Assembly: GCF_965363235.1 (NCBI RefSeq)
Contig: NC_134842.1
Coordinates: 20,157,521 to 20,221,520, forward strand
Length of the DNA: 64,000 nucleotides
Source of the DNA: Mytilus galloprovincialis
Taxonomy: Eukaryota
Direction of reading: 5' to 3'
Shown here in pieces: positions 59,961-64,000 of the stretch (positions within the stretch are counted from its first letter, which is position 1; each line of letters opens with the position of its first letter). A program made the translations under genes and the position numbers. The notes beneath the pieces are model-generated. The model was not told the origin of the DNA. It saw only the letters and a program-made list of their open reading frames with translations, and ran no database searches.

Positions 59961-62900
59961 AAGACGAATATGCTCCAACTACAACCCCGTCCCTTATTTC
60001 TTAAATGTAATATACTTACATGAGCAACACAACACGACGGACGCCAAATGAGGAGCAGAATCTGCTTACACCTCCGTAGAACAAGCGATCAACTCCAGTT
60101 TTTAGTAGGGTTCGTGTTGCTCAGTTTTCAAATTTCTGTGTAATGTTTGTGTACAGTTATTTTTTTGTTTGTTTGTTTGTCTGGTAGTTTGTTAGCATTT
60201 TTCTTTTTCATCCATGAATTTTTCAGATTATATTCGACCCATGAGTTTTAATGTCCGTTTGGTATCTTTTGCATCTCTCTTATTATTGCGACTCCGTTAG
60301 TGAATCAAACATTTGTAGATTAAATGGGAAATTGCATACGGAATGCTTATTCTAAATACTAGTAGCGTATTTAATACATCGAAATGGGGTCCTTGTATGA
60401 GTCTAGCGTTGATAGGGATCGCAAGCCTGTGCGAAAGTTAAGCTTTTATAAACCTAAATTACAAAAGAGAGGCGAGATGTCCAAAGGTACATTCAAACTG
60501 ATTCAACTGACAACGCTATGGAATAAAACCAAAAATGACAATAAGAGAAACAACAGCATACAAAACATACCAAAGAACAGTGTCCGGAAGGGTAAGCTGT
60601 TACATGTGTTACACCTATCGTTTTGCTCATATGAGTACAAACCCGCTAAGTAGCTAGTCTAAATCGGACGATTGCATTCCGTAATAACAGTTAGGAATTG
60701 TGGTACGACTGAGCTTGTGATTGGTTCCATAAATAAAGGCAACAGTAGTATACTGCTGTTCAAAAGTCCTAAAGTGATTGAGAAATAACAAATATGAAAT
60801 ACAAACTTAAACCGAGGGAACACATCAACTTTAAGAGGAATTCCAAAGGATCACCAGCAACACTGAAGTGCAACAAAGACAGATTACAACATACATAGAA
60901 ACGAACTATCTGATAAACAACTGCCATATTCCTGACTCAGTACAGGTCATTTTAAGAAAAACATGGTAGATTTAACTGGTCTTAAAACTTACATATTAAG
61001 TAAGTTGGCCAACTATTGCTATTACTGAAAAACATGACTAATGATACACTAAATCAGTGCTCAAACAAAAAGAAACTGTTGGTTTGTTCATTATTGTCGT
61101 TTGCTTAACGTCCATGCAATGAAAAATACATAAGAACGATTAAAACAACTTTACTTATCTGTCACGCTTTTCATCTTGATATATCAAGTAAATGTCACTT
61201 GACAAAAAATTTTGTAGATAGAAGTGCTGACCCCAGTGTTACATTGGCATATAAGCTACTACTATTGCGAATTGCTGTTAATCTAATGCTTCAAATAGTA
61301 TTTTACGTTCGACATAGCGTACGAAATGGGAATTACTACGTTTACTTATCATTTTATCTAGTTATCAAAAAGTCATAAATCATGTGCTTTTAAGCATCTC
61401 ACGTGACAAAGTGATCTAGATAATCTACTTATGATTGTCTGAAACTATTAGAAGGACCACTTGCACAACAAAGATAAGGTGTCATCTCTCTAAATACTTC
61501 GTCATCAATCAAACTCTACTTATCTATGTGAAATAACCTAATTGATTGATGGGCGTTTTATCATACCAAAGGATAAAATCTAAAGAGTTAGATAAAAGTC
61601 ACTTGGAAAATTTTGAGATATATGCATATGCTAATATGCATTCAATTGTTTTGCTCTTTCGTAATGGCACACACCATTTTATACCAAGCTAATATTTAAC
61701 GTTTTAACGTTTGTTTTAATTACCTAGAATTTGAAAGTATATTATGAATTTCTTTCATAATCTACTATTATTATTCTGTCATTTGGCTTGTGAACTTATT
61801 TGGTTTTGTCCTTGGCGTAAAAGAACCCGCTCATGTTAGTATTTTAGACGCTAAAATCTACGGAACCAACCATTGTTTATACTAAGAAACTCAACTTTTA
61901 TTTCCCACCAAATCTGGAACAACTTATTACAGTTAATTGTGTAAATTTTCCATCAACACGCTTTATTAAAAAAGGCCAATATAGTTGACACTCTCCGTTT
62001 CCGTGTTGTAATATAGAAAATTAATTTAAAACTACTGTATAGCACATATCTCCATGGAACAATTAATTAACTCGCTGCTGCATACTGATATAAATTTGAT
62101 CAGTGAGCATTATATATTGAGAAATGATTGACAGTAAACATAATCCAATATTATCACAATTTACTGCCAGTGGGACATTAATCGTTGTACTTATTCAATG
62201 TGCGATTTTTTTTCTAATAATTTACATGTATTTATTCAAGTTAGTTAGTTATTTATTGAAAATATTCCAGCAGAGTCTGCACTATAATACTAGCTTAGCA
62301 CTAACTAACATCGGAAGACAATATAAGTTATGAATTTTATTTTCCTAATTTCACCGTACTATACACTGTCACAGTGTTAATTAATATTCCGATAACGAAT
62401 TTTGGGCATCGCACATATCGAATAATGGATCATTCATTGTTGGAGATCGTCTGTTTTGATTACCAAGACATGGCCATACAATATAGATCAACTTCTTTCA
62501 TCAATTGTAAGCGACTTTTTATTGACAGTACGGACAATCACTATAGAAAACAGAATACAATCAAAAAGCAATAAACTACAAAGAAGGACCTTATTATAAT
62601 TCAACCTTGGATAGGTTATGAAGCACACGTTACTTTATGTCAGTGCATTACATTGAATACCCAATATACTTGTATTGAAATGAACAGGTAGTCGACTATC
62701 AAGGTGTAGTCAGAAATCATACTTTTAAGAGGAGATATGCGAACTAGGGATATCAATAACACTATGTGATTTATTTGTACATTTAAGCTCGAATACAAAA
62801 CAGAGAAAAAGACAAGACAACTTAATAAGCAAGTGGTGAATCAACGATTAACAATTATAAAGACACAATTTTGAATACACTAATATCTTTCAAATTTTAA

Positions 62901-63289
62901 CCTCTTATAAAGAACCATTATATTAAAACTTAAAACATAAATTAACGACAAACTAATTGTATATGTATTCGTAATATAATAAAAGAAAATATGGTACATT
63001 GTAAAATTGATGAAAATATTAAGAACATCAAGATGCAATTGCGAACAACTGTATGACGGAAAGTTTGCTTGTAAGTAAGTACATATCATGTGGGTAAAAT
63101 CCAAGCGGACATTTTCAATGTAATATGTTTTGACGTGAGACTCGACTTACGTGAATTGGTACATACTTTACACTGTTAAAGAACGTTTGCAATAAATGTA
63201 CATGTTTTTTTTTTATTACACTGATGTATATTATAGATTATCTATATTAAATTACAAATCCAATTCATGTGAAAACTATAATGATATAG

Positions 63290-63600
63290 TTATCAAAAGT
63301 ACCAGGATTATAATTTAGTACGCCAGACGCGCGTTTCTTCTACATAAGACTCATCAGTGACGCTCAAATCGAATATTTATAAAGACAAACAAGTACAAAG
63401 TTGAAGAGCATTGAGGATCCAAAATTCCAAAAAGTTGTGCCAAATACGGTAAGGTAATCTATGCCTGAAATAAGAAAATCCTTAGTTTTTCGAAAAATTC
63501 AAAGTTTTGTAAACAGGAAATTTATAAAAATGACCAAATGATTGATATTCATGTCAACACCAAAATGTTGACTAATGGGCTGGTGATACCCTCGGGTACG
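63290..63600 (-). repeat. Right arm of the long inverted repeat. Its inner 40 bp are tandemly duplicated at 63640-63690.
   Basis: tacgccagacgcgcgtttcttctacataagactcatcagtgacgctc...gttgaagagcattgaggatccaaaattccaaaaag...atgaccaaatgattgatattcatgtcaacaccaaaatgttgactaatgggctggtgataccctcgg. Confidence 0.75.
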
Positions 63601-64000
63601 AAACGTCTACCAGCAGTGGCATCGACCTAGTGGTTTAAATAGTTATCAAAAGTACCAGGATTATAATTTAGTACGCCAGACGAAATGCATTCTACAGTTA
63701 TTTTGAAAAATAAAAATATGAATGTTTGACAAATTAAAACAAATCTTCACAACCATTTTTTCAAGTATAACAGAAAAAAAATCTGATATAGAAAAATATT
63801 TTTTTTATGTTTTTAAACTCTTCTGTTATTTCTCTATATAGATTATTTTCTTCCCTTCGGAAGATTTTTTTTATATGAAATACTGCTCATAAGACATTCA
63901 GACGGTTTTAGCGAACACAAACAATACTAAATCAACCAACTAATATTTTTTTGTTTGAATAAGTTTTTGTTACATACTTTCACTTTGGGATTTTCAAATA

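Noticed and set aside
60384-60653. 89-aa ORF inside the long inverted-repeat structure as a possible transposase remnant.
   Set aside because: It is too short and I recognise no DDE or HTH transposase motif. It is basic and low-complexity and is most likely spurious.

Overview
The repeat families and gene structures indicate that this window is metazoan nuclear DNA; it is not a prokaryotic locus. It is AT-rich, intron-rich, and packed with SINE/MITE-type interspersed repeats and satellites. The repeat families (the 'gttgtctcattggcactcacaccacatcttc' SINE and the 'ggtcagctgaagcc...cattggtggccttcagc...cattccccatttccattctcaat' SINE) look, from memory, like those of a bivalve mollusc (mussel-like) genome, which I cannot verify here. 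I find no CRISPR array, operon, rRNA or tRNA gene, and no defence island, so there is no undescribed prokaryotic system in this window.

All convincing coding signal is on the minus strand. There are three coding units.

(1) At 21..2096 a single large exon encodes a low-complexity RS-domain protein. It carries CTD-like YSPTSPS heptads, an RGG box and a long RS/RD tract. A probable upstream exon lies at 4278..4368.

(2) A roughly 31.7 kb, 28-exon gene runs from 52638 down to 20946. Its predicted protein has the vault poly(ADP-ribose) polymerase (PARP4) domain order BRCT, PARP catalytic, VIT, vWA. Every splice phase is mutually consistent. Homology is judged from my memory of the human PARP4 sequence, not from a search.

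(3) Downstream on the same strand, a ubiquitin-like domain is split by an apparent GC-AG intron. It is followed by a 1.3 kb exon carrying about 14 tandem 11-residue MFQPQVQQQQQ repeats and a G/F/S-rich tail. Exon phases would also allow this unit to be a 3' extension of the PARP4-like transcript.

The most unusual structural observations are two cases where the 3' end of an exon plus its 5' splice donor have been tandemly duplicated in frame. One gives 5 copies of 54 bp in the VIT exon; the other gives 3 copies of 96 bp in an orphan exon. Each produces a ladder of alternative in-frame donors.

Other observations: a composite SINE-like element (tRNA-like head, 170-bp internal tandem array, hairpin tail) present three times; a 1.17 kb TIR-bounded insertion inside a satellite; a near-perfect 128 bp hairpin; a 4.7 kb structure bounded by roughly 315-bp inverted arms; and a TCCCGA hexamer cluster.

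All coordinates were derived by hand and may be off by 1-2 nt.
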